DNA of 59,020 nt from an uncultured Clostridium sp. (GCA_900552655.1 USAE01000002.1:1-59020); one strand, 5' to 3'; positions 48,003 through 57,978 are shown, numbered from the stretch's first letter. Notes: generated by a model not told the origin, from the letters alone. Made by a program: numbers and translations.

Positions 48003-49367
48003 ATGGGAAAATATTTTGAAACAGATGGAATTAGGAGAATTGCAAATACAGAGCTAACTCCAGAATTAGTTTATAAAGTTGCAAAGGCAGGAGCTTACGT
48101 GCTAGCTAAGCACTCTGACCATAGTCCAACAATTTTAATTGGAAGAGATACTAGAATTTCTGGTAGTTTAATAGAAAGTGCAATGACAGCAGGTTTCTTA
48201 AGCTATGGAGCAAATGTAAAGCAATTAGGAGTTTTGCCAACACCAGCTGTTGCATATTTAACTAGAAAATTAAAAGCAGATGCAAGTGTTGTAATATCTG
48301 CATCTCATAACACTTATGAATTTAATGGTGTAAAATACTTTAGTAATGAAGGAACAAAAATACCAGACAATATAGAAGAAGAAATAGAAGAAGTTATGGA
48401 CTCTGGCAAATTAGATGAACTTACAGCTTGTAACGATAAAATAGGAATATCAGAAAATGCAGAAGAATTAGTAGACGAATATGTATATTTCTTTAGAAAA
48501 ACATTTGAAGAAATTATAGAAAAATACAACACAGACGATTTTAAAGTTGTAATAGATACAGCTAATGGAGCAACATATGAAGTTGCAGAAAAAGTGTTTT
48601 CTAAATTAAAAATTAATCACAAAATTATAAATAATGCACCTAATGGAATAAATATTAACAAAAATTGTGGATCAACACATTTAGAAATGCTTCAAAAATA
48701 TGTAGTGGAGAATGGATACAGCTTAGGAATAGCATATGACGGTGATGGAGATAGATGTTTATTAGTTGACGAAAACGGTGAAGTTATAGATGGTGACAAA
48801 ATATTAGCAATTGTTTCAAACTATATGAAACAAAAAGGTACATTAAAGAAAGATACTTTAGTTGCAACAGTTATGAGTAATTTAGGACTAGATATATATT
48901 CTAAAGAGAATGACATTAACTTCGTTAGAACAAAAGTAGGAGATAGATATGTATTAGAAGAAATGAAGAAAAACGGATACAACTTAGGAGGAGAACAATC
49001 TGGACATATTATATTTTTAGACTACAATCCAACAGGAGATGGAATATTAACTTCATTAATGTTTATTTCTATCATGTTAGAAAAAGCAGAAAAAGCAAGT
49101 AAATTAGAAGAAATAATAAATATATATCCTCAAGTACTTATAAATGCAAAAGTTTCTAACGAAAAGAAATATGATTTCGACAAAGATGCAGTTATTAGAA
49201 GTTCAATAGAAGAAGTAGAAAGAGAATTCTCTGGAACTGGAAGAGTTTTAATAAGAACATCTGGAACAGAGCCATTAGTAAGAGTTATGATAGAAGGTAA
49301 AGACCAAGAATATATAACTGAAAAAGCTAAATCTATAGCAGAATTAATAGAACAAAGATTAAGCTAA
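48003..49367 (+). CDS. glmM: Phosphoglucosamine mutase
   Basis: ISASHNTYEFNGVKYF (phosphoserine loop), AYDGDGDRC, GGEQSGHIIF, RTSGTEPLVRVM. Confidence 0.9.
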   Translation: MGKYFETDGIRRIANTELTPELVYKVAKAGAYVLAKHSDHSPTILIGRDTRISGSLIESAMTAGFLSYGANVKQLGVLPTPAVAYLTRKLKADASVVISASHNTYEFNGVKYFSNEGTKIPDNIEEEIEEVMDSGKLDELTACNDKIGISENAEELVDEYVYFFRKTFEEIIEKYNTDDFKVVIDTANGATYEVAEKVFSKLKINHKIINNAPNGININKNCGSTHLEMLQKYVVENGYSLGIAYDGDGDRCLLVDENGEVIDGDKILAIVSNYMKQKGTLKKDTLVATVMSNLGLDIYSKENDINFVRTKVGDRYVLEEMKKNGYNLGGEQSGHIIFLDYNPTGDGILTSLMFISIMLEKAEKASKLEEIINIYPQVLINAKVSNEKKYDFDKDAVIRSSIEEVEREFSGTGRVLIRTSGTEPLVRVMIEGKDQEYITEKAKSIAELIEQRLS

Positions 49368-49395
49368 AAAAATAAATAAAAGGAAGATGATGTAG

Positions 49396-50982
49396 GTGGA
49401 TAAAAAAACATATTATATAACTACTCCAATTTATTATCCAAGTGGAAAATTTCACATTGGTACAGCATATACAGAAGTATTTGCAAATACAATGAAAAAA
49501 TATAAACAAAAAAGAGGATATGATTCATATCTTTTAACAGGGTTAGATGAGCATGGGCAAAAAGTTCAAACAGTTGCAGAAAATGCAGGAAAAACTCCAC
49601 AGGAACATGTTGATGAAATGGCAGAAAATGCAAAAAAACTTTGGGAAAAGATGAATATAGAATATGATGACTTTATAAGAACAACGGAGCCAAGACACTA
49701 TAAAATTGTAGAAGATATTTTCGAAAAGCTTTTAGCAAAAGGAGATATTTATAAAGGAGAATATGAAGGATGGTATTGTATGCCATGCGAAACATATTTT
49801 ACAGAAACACAATTAGTAGATGGAAAATGCCCAGACTGCGGTAGAGAAGTTAAGAAAATGAAAGAAGAAGCATATTTCTTTAATATGAAGAAATATGCAG
49901 ATAAATTAATACAATTTTATGAAGAAAATCCAAAGTTTATAGAACCGGAATCTAGAAAAAATGAAATATTTAATAATTTCTTAAAACCAGGTTTAGAAGA
50001 TTTATGTATAACAAGAACTACTTTCGACTGGGGGGTAAAAGTAAAAAGTGATCCTAAACATGTTATATATGTATGGCTTGACGCACTAACAAATTACATT
50101 ACAGCTCTAGGTTATGGATCTGATAATGAGGAATTATTTAATAAATATTGGCCAGCAGACTTACATGTTGTTGGTAAAGACATTATAAGATTTCACGGAA
50201 TATATTGGCCAATTTTCTTAATGGCATTAGATTTACCACTTCCAAAGAAAATTTATGCACATGGTTTTATAATGATGAAAGATGGTAAAATGTCTAAATC
50301 TAAGGGAAATGTAATTTATCCAGAAATTTTAATAGATAGATATGGTATAGATGCTACAAAATATTTCCTAATTAGAGAATTTCCTTTTGGACAAGACACT
50401 ATATTTACACCAGAAGGTTTTGTTGAAAGATTTAATTATGACTTATGTAATGATTTAGGAAATCTACTAAATAGAACAATAGGAATGATAAATAAATACT
50501 TTGATGGAAATATCTATGAATATAATGGCTATAAAAATGAACCAGACGAAGAAATAGAAAAATATTCATTAGAACAAATAAAAATTGTAGAAGAAAAAAT
50601 GGAAAATTTACATTTGAATGAAGCATTAGCAGAAATTTGGAGCTTAATTTCTAGAACAAATAAATATATAGACGAAACAGCCCCATGGTTACTTGCAAAA
50701 GATGAGGATATGCAAGATAAATTAAAATCTGTAATGTATCATTTATGTGAAAACCTAAGAAAAGTTGCAATATTAATTAGTCCATTTATGGAAGAAACAT
50801 CAAATAGCATATTTAATCAACTAGGTCTAACAAACGAAAATTTACAAACATGGGAAAGTTTATATGAATATAATAAAATTCCTGATGGCACAAAGGTAAT
50901 AGAAAAAGGAGTACCTTTATTTGTAAGATTAGATTTAGAAGAAGAAGTTTCTTATATAAGAGAACAAATGTCAAAAAAATAA
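49396..50982 (+). CDS. metG: Methionine--tRNA ligase (short form)
   Basis: GTG start. [11 protein letters not shown] (HIGH), KMSKSKGN, and the zinc knuckle CMPCE...CPDCG. Confidence 0.95.
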   Translation: MDKKTYYITTPIYYPSGKFHIGTAYTEVFANTMKKYKQKRGYDSYLLTGLDEHGQKVQTVAENAGKTPQEHVDEMAENAKKLWEKMNIEYDDFIRTTEPRHYKIVEDIFEKLLAKGDIYKGEYEGWYCMPCETYFTETQLVDGKCPDCGREVKKMKEEAYFFNMKKYADKLIQFYEENPKFIEPESRKNEIFNNFLKPGLEDLCITRTTFDWGVKVKSDPKHVIYVWLDALTNYITALGYGSDNEELFNKYWPADLHVVGKDIIRFHGIYWPIFLMALDLPLPKKIYAHGFIMMKDGKMSKSKGNVIYPEILIDRYGIDATKYFLIREFPFGQDTIFTPEGFVERFNYDLCNDLGNLLNRTIGMINKYFDGNIYEYNGYKNEPDEEIEKYSLEQIKIVEEKMENLHLNEALAEIWSLISRTNKYIDETAPWLLAKDEDMQDKLKSVMYHLCENLRKVAILISPFMEETSNSIFNQLGLTNENLQTWESLYEYNKIPDGTKVIEKGVPLFVRLDLEEEVSYIREQMSKK

Positions 50983-51047
50983 AATTTGTATAATATGAGT
51001 ATAATAAATTTAAAATAAAAACTATAATTTTAAGGAGGACAATTTAT

Positions 51048-51362
51048 TTGGAATTAGACCTATTAAACAACATTATTAGGGGGCAAAACGATATTGATAT
51101 GAATCAATTTAAAAGGGAGCTAACAAATAAATTAGAAGAAATGGAAAATAGATTTACAGTTGATAGAATTGAAAACGATATAGCAGTTTTAGAAAATCGT
51201 GATACAGGAGAAATGTTTAATGTAAATAAAAGCGATTTACCACAAGAGTTAAAAGAAGGAACAATTTTAAAAATGGTTAACAACAAGTATGAAATAGACA
51301 AAGAAGAACAAAAAAAGGTTGAAGATAGAATAAGAGATAAAATGAACAAATTGTGGAAATAA
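51048..51362 (+). CDS. DUF3006-domain protein
   Basis: FTVDRIENDIAVLENRDTGEMFNVNKSDLPQELKEGTIL. This family commonly precedes ComEC-type MBL genes. The start is uncertain (TTG 51048). Confidence 0.6.
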   Translation: MELDLLNNIIRGQNDIDMNQFKRELTNKLEEMENRFTVDRIENDIAVLENRDTGEMFNVNKSDLPQELKEGTILKMVNNKYEIDKEEQKKVEDRIRDKMNKLWK

Positions 51363-51389
51363 AACAAAAGAAAGAATGGAGTAAGTAAC

Positions 51390-52409
51390 ATGGAAAAGAA
51401 AGATGATAATGAGCAAATTAGTCTTTGGGAAAAGTCAAAATTAGGGAGAAAAACTAAATATTATAAAATACACACATGGCTTAGTAGACTAGCTTCACTA
51501 ATAATTTTAATTGTTTTACTAGTATTAGGAAAGAATTATTGGGAAACACACGACTACAATAATTATATAGAAAATGCATTAGGAAACAAAATTCAAGATG
51601 ATGTTATAATAAATGACATAGAAAAAACAAATACTATAGAAACAGAAGCAGTAGCAGATGGAAATCTTAGAGTGTATTATATAGATGTAGGACAAGCAGA
51701 TAGTACTTTAGTTATAGATAAAGACAAAACTATGTTAATAGATGCAGGAACAAATGAAGCAGGAGATACGGTCGTACAGTTTTTAAAAGATAAAGGGATA
51801 ACTAAAATAGACTATTTAATAGGAACACATCCTCATGAAGACCATATCGGAGGACTAGACGATGTTATAGATAATTTTGACATTGGAACAATTTATATGC
51901 CAAAAATGCAAACTACAACAAAAACTTTTGAAGATGTTTTAGATAGCATTGCAAATAAAAACTTACAAGTTACAACTCCAGTTGTTGGAGATACATTTAA
52001 ATTAACAAATGCAAATTGTACTATAATGGCTACAGACACAAAGGATACAAAGGACAATTTGAATTTATCTTCTATTGTTTTAAGAATGTCATATGGAGGA
52101 AATAGTTTCTTGTTTATGGGAGATGCAGAAGCAGAAGTGGAAGCTAGTAGGACATGGCAACCAGCAGATGTTTTAAAAGTGGGGCACCATGGGTCAAGAA
52201 CATCTTCTACACAAAACTTTGTTTTTCAAGTAATGCCATCTATAGCAATTATACCAGTAGGAAAAGATAATTCATATAATTTGCCAAATAAGGAAACATT
52301 AGATAAGTTAAGTTCTGTTGGTGCAAAAATATATAGAACAGATGAAGATGGTAGTATTCTTGTTGTAAGTGATGGTTCTAATATAAAAGTGGAAACAAAA
52401 GTAAGATAG
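51390..52409 (+). CDS. Membrane-anchored MBL-fold hydrolase (ComEC C-terminal-domain-like)
   Basis: N-terminal TM helix. VYYIDVGQADSTLV, IGTHPHEDHIGG and LKVGHHGS. Confidence 0.8.
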   Translation: MEKKDDNEQISLWEKSKLGRKTKYYKIHTWLSRLASLIILIVLLVLGKNYWETHDYNNYIENALGNKIQDDVIINDIEKTNTIETEAVADGNLRVYYIDVGQADSTLVIDKDKTMLIDAGTNEAGDTVVQFLKDKGITKIDYLIGTHPHEDHIGGLDDVIDNFDIGTIYMPKMQTTTKTFEDVLDSIANKNLQVTTPVVGDTFKLTNANCTIMATDTKDTKDNLNLSSIVLRMSYGGNSFLFMGDAEAEVEASRTWQPADVLKVGHHGSRTSSTQNFVFQVMPSIAIIPVGKDNSYNLPNKETLDKLSSVGAKIYRTDEDGSILVVSDGSNIKVETKVR

Positions 52410-52421
52410 AAGGAGAAAGAA

Positions 52422-53885
52422 ATGAAAGAGTTTATAAGGAAGCATTTAAATAAATTAAACATAGGGCTTATTCTATTAATTGCAGTAGTACCTATGCTTC
52501 TATGCTTTAATGATAGTTTGTGGTTTGACGAGGCATATTCTGTAGGAATTGCAAGACAACCATGGGGGAATCTATTAATTTCTACAATTAATGATGTTCA
52601 CCCAATATTGTATTATGTATTGCTTAAGTTATATTCATTAATTTGTGGAACTAGTGTAATAGCATTAAGAATATTTTCAGTAATTCCAATAATTTTATTA
52701 GCAATATTTTCATTTGTAAAAATAAGGAAAAAGTTTGGTGAAAAAGTAAGTTTTTACTTTAACTTAGTGCTTTTATTATTGCCTGTTACAATGCATTACG
52801 GTTCACAAATAAGAATGTATAGCTTAGCAATGCTTTTTGTTACAATAACAGCAGTATATGCATACTTAGCTTATAAAAATAATAAGAAGAAAGATTGGAT
52901 AATATTTGCAGTAGCTAGCATTTGTAGTGCATATACACATTATTTTGCATTATTTACTATTGGAATTATAAACATTTTATTGCTTTTCTTTATAATAAGA
53001 GAGAAAAAGGAACTTTTAAAAAGATGGTTTATATATGGTGCTATACAAATAATTTGCTATTTACCAGGAGCATTAATTTTCTTTATGCAATCATCTAGAG
53101 TAGCAAATGGATTTTGGATAAGTGTACAATATCCAGATATTATAACTCAAATTATAGAATTTTTCTTTTTAGATAGTATTAATTCTGGTTTACCATCTAT
53201 ATTTGGTATATTTATAGTAGTATACATGATTTTAAGAGTACATAAATTATATTTAGAAGATAAAAAGAAAATAAGACCAGTTACAATAGCTCTAACTACT
53301 TGTGGATTAGTAATACTTGTAACATTATTAATTTCTTTTGTAAGAGCAGTATTTATACCAAGATATATGTTACCAATGTTGGGATTATTTATATTCGCAT
53401 TAGCATATATATTATCTGTCGAAAAAAGTCGAATAGTAAAAATAGTAATATGTGTTGGGTTAATAGGACTAAGTGTTTGGAATGGAGTTACTCTATGGAC
53501 TAAATCTTATTCCGAAGAGAATAGCAAGCCAATAGATGCAATTAGAGCTGAAGTACAGGAAAATGATATTGTTGTATATACAACAATAGGACCTAGTAGT
53601 TCGGTTGCTATAGAGTTTGACAATAATAAACAATATTTTTACAATAAAGATAATTGGACTGTAGAAAAAGCTTATGGAGCTTTTGCACCACAAATGAAAG
53701 TTATAACCAATTTAGAAGAAATTGAAAATTATACTGGTAGAATATGGGTAATAGATGCTGCAGATTCTAATATGTATGACTATATAAGCGAAATGGAAGG
53801 AACAAATATTATAAAAAATAAAGAAGAATATAGCCATCCATTTAGTGGTGATAAATTTATAATATCATTATTTGAAAAAAAATAA
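52422..53885 (+). CDS. ArnT/PMT-like GT-C membrane glycosyltransferase
   Basis: LWFDEAYSVGIA, VHPILYYVLLK..GTSVIALRIFSVIP. At least 11 TM helices and a soluble C-terminal domain. Confidence 0.7.
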   Translation: MKEFIRKHLNKLNIGLILLIAVVPMLLCFNDSLWFDEAYSVGIARQPWGNLLISTINDVHPILYYVLLKLYSLICGTSVIALRIFSVIPIILLAIFSFVKIRKKFGEKVSFYFNLVLLLLPVTMHYGSQIRMYSLAMLFVTITAVYAYLAYKNNKKKDWIIFAVASICSAYTHYFALFTIGIINILLLFFIIREKKELLKRWFIYGAIQIICYLPGALIFFMQSSRVANGFWISVQYPDIITQIIEFFFLDSINSGLPSIFGIFIVVYMILRVHKLYLEDKKKIRPVTIALTTCGLVILVTLLISFVRAVFIPRYMLPMLGLFIFALAYILSVEKSRIVKIVICVGLIGLSVWNGVTLWTKSYSEENSKPIDAIRAEVQENDIVVYTTIGPSSSVAIEFDNNKQYFYNKDNWTVEKAYGAFAPQMKVITNLEEIENYTGRIWVIDAADSNMYDYISEMEGTNIIKNKEEYSHPFSGDKFIISLFEKK

Positions 53886-53898
53886 AAAAATTTAATTG

Positions 53899-53942
53899 TA
53901 CGACAGGTTTCGACAAAAAATATCGACACTATATGCTATAAT
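53899..53942 (+). promoter_or_regulatory. Three Spo0A-box-like sites and an extended -10 promoter upstream of the Spo0E-family gene
   Basis: TACGACA (53899-53905), TTCGACA (53909-53915, the exact complement of TGTCGAA), ATCGACA (53922-53928), and TGCTATAAT (53934-53942). Confidence 0.5.
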
Positions 53943-53964
53943 TTGTATATAGGAGGGATGCGAT

Positions 53965-54126
53965 ATGGATGTTACTTTAAAAATTCAAAAACATAGAGCA
54001 AAATTAGAACAAATGATTTTAGACAAAGAGGACTATAATGACATTGTGAGGCAAAGCCAAAAGTTGGATAAATACATAAATATCGCAATGGAGCAAATGA
54101 TGTCGAAATCAAGAAGTAATAACTAA
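53965..54126 (+). CDS. Spo0E-family sporulation regulatory protein (aspartyl-phosphate phosphatase), 53 aa, not in the ORF track
   Basis: RBS AGGAGGG. Sequence MDVTLKIQKHRAKLEQMILDKEDYNDIVRQSQKLDKYINIAMEQMMSKSRSNN*, containing the SQxLDxxI signature. Confidence 0.75.
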   Translation: MDVTLKIQKHRAKLEQMILDKEDYNDIVRQSQKLDKYINIAMEQMMSKSRSNN

Positions 54127-54155
54127 AAGCACTATTCAATAGAATAGTGCTTTTA
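54126..54155 (+). terminator. Rho-independent terminator
   Basis: AAAGCACTATTC, a loop, GAATAGTGCTTT, then T. Confidence 0.75.
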
Positions 54156-54261
54156 GTGAAAGTATTAATAAATTTAAAGAATAAAATAACAATATGATTG
54201 ACATTATAAAGAATAAGAAATAAAATAATAGAGAAAATGAATTTAAGGAAGGTGATTTTTT

Positions 54262-55191
54262 ATGCCATTTGTAACAACAAAGGAAATGTTTGAAAAATCT
54301 ATGAAGGAGAAATTTGCAATAGGTGCATTTAATATTAATAATATGGAGTTTGTACAAGCAATAATGGATGCAGCAGCTAAAGAAAACTCACCAGTTATAT
54401 TACAAACTTCAGCAAGTGCTATAAAATATGCAAGAATACCATATTTAAAGAAAATGATAGAAGCTGGTTTAGAAGAACATGATATTCCAGTAGCACTACA
54501 CTTAGATCATGGGCCAGATTTTGAAACTTGTAAAATGTGTGTAGATAATGGTTATACATCAATAATGTTTGACGGTTCAAAATACGACTTCGAAACAAAT
54601 ATTAAATTAACAAAAGAAGTTGTAGATTATGCTCATGCACATGGTGTAGTAGTAGAAGCAGAACTTGGAAAATTAGCAGGAATTGAAGACGATGTTAATG
54701 TTTCTGCGGAAGATGCAATGTATACAGATCCAGAAGAAGCAAAAGAATTTGTAGAAAGAACAGGATGCGATTCTTTAGCGATAGCAATTGGAACAAGTCA
54801 TGGAGCTTACAAATTTAAAGGTGAAGCAAAATTAAGATTTGATATTTTAGCTAAAATAAAAGAAAAAATACCAAATACACCAATAGTATTACATGGAGCT
54901 TCAACAGTTATACCAGAACTTGTAGAAATTTGTAACAAATATGGAGCAGACCTACCAGGAGCAAAAGGTGTTCCAGACGAAATATTACATGAAGCAAGTA
55001 CTTTAGGAGTATCAAAAATAAATGTAGATACAGACTTAAGATTAGCTATGACAGCAGGAATAAGAGAAACATTTGTAGAAAGCCCAAATGTATTTGACCC
55101 AAGAAAATATATGGGAAAAGGAAGAGACTTAATAGAAGAAACAGTAGCACACAAAATAAGAGAAGTATTTGGTTCAAGCAACAAAGCATAA
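54262..55191 (+). CDS. fba: Fructose-1,6-bisphosphate aldolase, class II
   Basis: AFNINNME, LHLDHG, GTSHGAYKF, LHGAS and KINVDTD. Confidence 0.95.
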   Translation: MPFVTTKEMFEKSMKEKFAIGAFNINNMEFVQAIMDAAAKENSPVILQTSASAIKYARIPYLKKMIEAGLEEHDIPVALHLDHGPDFETCKMCVDNGYTSIMFDGSKYDFETNIKLTKEVVDYAHAHGVVVEAELGKLAGIEDDVNVSAEDAMYTDPEEAKEFVERTGCDSLAIAIGTSHGAYKFKGEAKLRFDILAKIKEKIPNTPIVLHGASTVIPELVEICNKYGADLPGAKGVPDEILHEASTLGVSKINVDTDLRLAMTAGIRETFVESPNVFDPRKYMGKGRDLIEETVAHKIREVFGSSNKA

Positions 55192-55223
55192 CAGGGATCG
55201 GGGGACGGTCCTAAAAATCCCTT
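55192..55223 (+). repeat. 32-nt palindromic element, copy D
   Basis: CAGGGATCGGGGGACGGTCCTAAAAATCCCTT starts 1 nt after the fba stop. Confidence 0.8.
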
Positions 55224-55253
55224 CTTTACATATTATAAAGAAGGGATTTTTTA
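55216..55253 (+). terminator. Rho-independent terminator sharing its 5' arm with element D
   Basis: AATCCCTTCTTT (55216-55227), a 9-nt loop, AAAGAAGGGATT (55237-55248), then TTTT. Confidence 0.75.
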
Positions 55254-55270
55254 TATATAATTATAGACTA

Positions 55271-55314
55271 ACTAAGATTTTCTTAGAATTTATATTTGCA
55301 AGTAGAATATCAGG
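55271..55314 (+). repeat. Module-3 repeat copy (related to 34757-34799)
   Basis: ACTAAGATTTTCTTAGAATTTATATTTGCAAGTAGAATATCAGG compared with CCTAAGATTTTCTTATAATTTACATTTGCTAGAAAATCTTAGG. Confidence 0.6.
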
Positions 55315-55333
55315 TTCACTTTTTTCTATAAAA

Positions 55334-56011
55334 TTATTTATCTAATTTTTTGTTTTCAGGATTTTTAAAGCTTAAATACCATGTCATACCATTTTTATTT
55401 TTGCTAAGACTATCATTCCTTTGGCAAAGTGAGGAAAAAGTTTGTGGAGGAGGAATTATCATCGGGTTACCAGGAACCCAATTAGCAGGTGTCATACACT
55501 TATTTTGGTCAGCATATTGCAAAGCAGTTACAGTTCTTAATATTTCGGGGATATATCTACCTACATTCATAGGATAAACAAAAATGCTCCTAATAATTCC
55601 ATTATTATCAATAATAAAGACATTTCGTACAGTTTCAGTTGTACTTATATCATTGGAAATCATACCATATTTTCTAGAGATAATTCCGCTTTGATCTGCA
55701 ATAATTGGAAAATTTACAACAAGACCTGTCTTTAAATAAATATCATATAACCAAGCTAAATGGGAGTTTAAACCATCTACACTTATTCCAATAAGCTCGG
55801 TATTTATTTTCTTAAAATATGTATCTGCTTTAGCGAAGCCAATTATTTCGGTAGTACACACTGGGGTAAAGTCTCCAGGGTGAGAAAAAAATACTACCCA
55901 TTTGCCTTTATAGCTAGAAAGAGAAATATCACCAGTTGTAGAAATAGCATTAAAATCTGGAGCTTCCATACCAATTTTTAAATTGTTATTCATCATTATT
56001 TCATAATCCAT
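55334..56011 (-). CDS. Peroxiredoxin (Prx6-like, AhpC/TSA family)
   Basis: WVVFFSHPGDFTPVCTTE, ISVDGLNSHLAW and RNVFIID. Confidence 0.9.
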   Translation of the reverse strand: MDYEIMMNNNLKIGMEAPDFNAISTTGDISLSSYKGKWVVFFSHPGDFTPVCTTEIIGFAKADTYFKKINTELIGISVDGLNSHLAWLYDIYLKTGLVVNFPIIADQSGIISRKYGMISNDISTTETVRNVFIIDNNGIIRSIFVYPMNVGRYIPEILRTVTALQYADQNKCMTPANWVPGNPMIIPPPQTFSSLCQRNDSLSKNKNGMTWYLSFKNPENKKLDK

Positions 56012-56205
56012 AAAAATATACTCCTTTATATTTTTATTAATAGTATATGGAATAAAAATATTTTTGTTAATAAAATGTCAATAATAATAAAAATGTGGAT
56101 AATTAATAACGAAATAATTTGGTTAATAAAATACGAACTAGAATAAAAAAAGAATATAAGTGAATAATAAGAATAGTTACAATAAAGATATGGAGGTATA
56201 ATAAT

Positions 56206-56370
56206 ATGGAGTATAACCAAAAAATACATTGTTCGGTAGGTAGTTGTAAATATAATGATGTAACAGTTCAAGAATGCAAATTAAAGGCTATAAATGTTAT
56301 GCCAAATACAAATGTAAACACAGGGACTGAGAAAGAAACAATGTGTGTAAGTTATAAAAAAGACCAATAA
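56206..56370 (+). CDS. DUF1540-domain small protein (54 aa), not in the ORF track
   Basis: RBS TGGAGGT. Sequence MEYNQKIHCSVGSCKYNDVTVQECKLKAINVMPNTNVNTGTEKETMCVSYKKDQ*, with the pattern C-x4-C...C...C typical of DUF1540. Confidence 0.65.
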   Translation: MEYNQKIHCSVGSCKYNDVTVQECKLKAINVMPNTNVNTGTEKETMCVSYKKDQ

Positions 56371-56380
56371 TATAAAAAAT

Positions 56381-56417
56381 AAAAAAGCACAATACGTTAT
56401 TTGTAATGTGCTTTTTT
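56381..56417 (+). terminator. Rho-independent terminator
   Basis: AAGCACA...TGTGCTT followed by TTTT. Confidence 0.65.
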
Positions 56418-56418
56418 A

Positions 56419-56523
56419 TACAGTAGGAAAGTTCTCCTAGTATGAGAACTTTCTGCACTAGAGAATTATGGAGAACATTAAATTTTCCTAAAATTTACAT
56501 TTATTATAAAATCTTAGATTTGA
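56419..56523 (+). repeat. Modular ~100-bp hairpin repeat, copy 2
   Basis: TACAGTAGGAAAGTTCTCCTAGTATGAGAACTTTCTGCACTAGAGAATTAT..TTCCTAAAATTTACATTTATTATAAAATCTTAGA is collinear with 34702-34803. Confidence 0.8.
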
Positions 56524-56540
56524 AAAATAAAACTTGAATT

Positions 56541-56999
56541 TTAAGAGCGTCCACCAATTCCAAAACCTTTTAATATTTGCTTATTAGCGTCTTTCTTTTT
56601 TAAATCTTCTCTTTTATCATATAATTTTTTACCTTTAGCAAGGGCAAGTTCCAATTTTACTAAACTTCCATTAAAATAGATACTTAATGGTATTAAAGCA
56701 TAACCTTTTTGTTTTATTTGACCATATAATTTTAGAATTTCTTTTTTATGTAGTAAAAGTTTTTTAGGTCTTAAAGGATCTTTATTATATATATTTCCAT
56801 GTTCATAAGGACTTATATGCATATTATATACATAGCATTCAGAATTAGAAATACTAGCATAACTATCTTTTAAATTAACTTTTCCTTGTCTAATAGATTT
56901 AATTTCTGTACCAGACAATACTATTCCAGTTTCATAAGTATCTAATATTTCATAATTATGTCTGGCGGTTGGATTTTTAGCAATTAATTTTGTGTTCAT
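56541..56999 (-). CDS. smpB: SsrA-binding protein
   Basis: [32 protein letters not shown] and [14 protein letters not shown]. Confidence 0.95.
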   Translation of the reverse strand: MNTKLIAKNPTARHNYEILDTYETGIVLSGTEIKSIRQGKVNLKDSYASISNSECYVYNMHISPYEHGNIYNKDPLRPKKLLLHKKEILKLYGQIKQKGYALIPLSIYFNGSLVKLELALAKGKKLYDKREDLKKKDANKQILKGFGIGGRS

Positions 57000-57044
57000 A
57001 AAATTACCTCTCTTATTTTTGTTATTTTATTATAACATGAAAAT

Positions 57045-57090
57045 AAAAAAAGTAAAGATTAAGCTGTTACAAAGGAAAGTAACAGCTTAA
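57045..57090 (-). terminator. Rho-independent terminator of the 57138 gene
   Basis: TAAGCTGTTAC (57060-57070), a loop, GTAACAGCTTA (57079-57089). On the minus strand a T-run follows. Confidence 0.7.
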
Positions 57091-57137
57091 AATTAGGAAC
57101 TTTAATTACACGCATAGTTTAATTAAAGTAATTTTTA

Positions 57138-57572
57138 CTATTCATCACGATTTCTTTTTAATAAATACCAAACAAGAAAAGCAATACCTAATGTAATAGC
57201 AACAACTATAATCCAAGACCAAACAGTACCATTAGAAAAAACTGAAGTGGTTGCATCGGTAGCAGTTTTTGTTACATTATATGCGCCATTTTTAGCACCT
57301 TCTGTAGCTTCAACAATACCGTTTTTAAAATCCTTTGTTTGCTCGGTAGTTTTTGTGACTATATTACTAGACATATCTTTCATTGAATTAGAAGTATTTT
57401 TTACAGCACCGTAGGCATTTTGCATAACATTTTCTGTATGCCCAACACCATTTTGTGTAGACTCCGCAGCTTTATGAAGCATATCGTTATTAGCGAAAGA
57501 ATTACCAGTTATAAAAAATATTATTAGAGCAGAAAATATAACAAAAGAAATCTTTTTAGCTAGATTAGCCAT
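57138..57572 (-). CDS. Small exported protein with C-terminal TM anchor (hypothetical)
   Basis: Signal peptide ending SFA/NN, an N/T/K-rich low-complexity middle, and C-terminal WSWIIVVAITLGIAFLVWYLL followed by KRNRDE. RBS AGGAGG. Confidence 0.6.
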   Translation of the reverse strand: MANLAKKISFVIFSALIIFFITGNSFANNDMLHKAAESTQNGVGHTENVMQNAYGAVKNTSNSMKDMSSNIVTKTTEQTKDFKNGIVEATEGAKNGAYNVTKTATDATTSVFSNGTVWSWIIVVAITLGIAFLVWYLLKRNRDE

Positions 57573-57647
57573 AATTTACCTCCTGCTAAAGTTTGAAATA
57601 TTATAAAATATCTCCTTATTATTTTTAGAAATTTAATAAAAAATATA

Positions 57648-57680
57648 CAAAAAAAATAAACCAATCTAACTAAAGATTGG
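57648..57680 (-). terminator. Rho-independent terminator of the 57688 gene
   Basis: CCAATCT (57661-57667), a loop, AGATTGG (57674-57680). On the minus strand a T-run follows (A-run 57648-57660 on the + strand). Confidence 0.65.
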
Positions 57681-57687
57681 TAGAAAA

Positions 57688-57978
57688 TTAATGTTTTAAT
57701 CTAATTAATATCGCAATACTTAATAAGATAAGAAGTATTCCAATTACAATTAACAAAATATTTAAAATATTAGAAATATCTAAACCACCAGAAGCTGAAG
57801 TAGAAGAGTAGTTTGTAGGTGCAGGTGGAGCATAAGTGTCTTCCGTAACTGCAGTATTAGATGTTTCATTTGATGTAAGATTCATGTCTATATCATCCAC
57901 TGCAAAAACAGGGGAAATATTTACAAAAAATAAACTTAAAATTATTATTGGTACGATTAATAAAAATTTTTTTATCAT
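57688..57978 (-). CDS. Small exported protein with C-terminal TM anchor (hypothetical)
   Basis: Signal peptide ending VFA/VD, an S/T/P-rich spacer, and C-terminal ILNILLIVIGILLILLSIAILI followed by RLKH. RBS GGAGG. Confidence 0.6.
   Translation of the reverse strand: MIKKFLLIVPIIILSLFFVNISPVFAVDDIDMNLTSNETSNTAVTEDTYAPPAPTNYSSTSASGGLDISNILNILLIVIGILLILLSIAILIRLKH

Noticed and set aside
48003-48060. The GlmM N-terminus reads YFETDGIRR instead of the usual YFGTDG(V/I)RG.
   Set aside because: There are only two substitutions and all catalytic loops (SASHN, DGDGDR, GEQSGH) are intact. This is not enough to claim altered function without an alignment.
56371-56540. A tmRNA (ssrA) gene immediately downstream of smpB, as in many Firmicutes.
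   Set aside because: Only ~170 nt are available. They are occupied by a terminator and the hairpin repeat. There is no GGGG...tRNA-like 5' end and no TTCGA..CCA 3' end.
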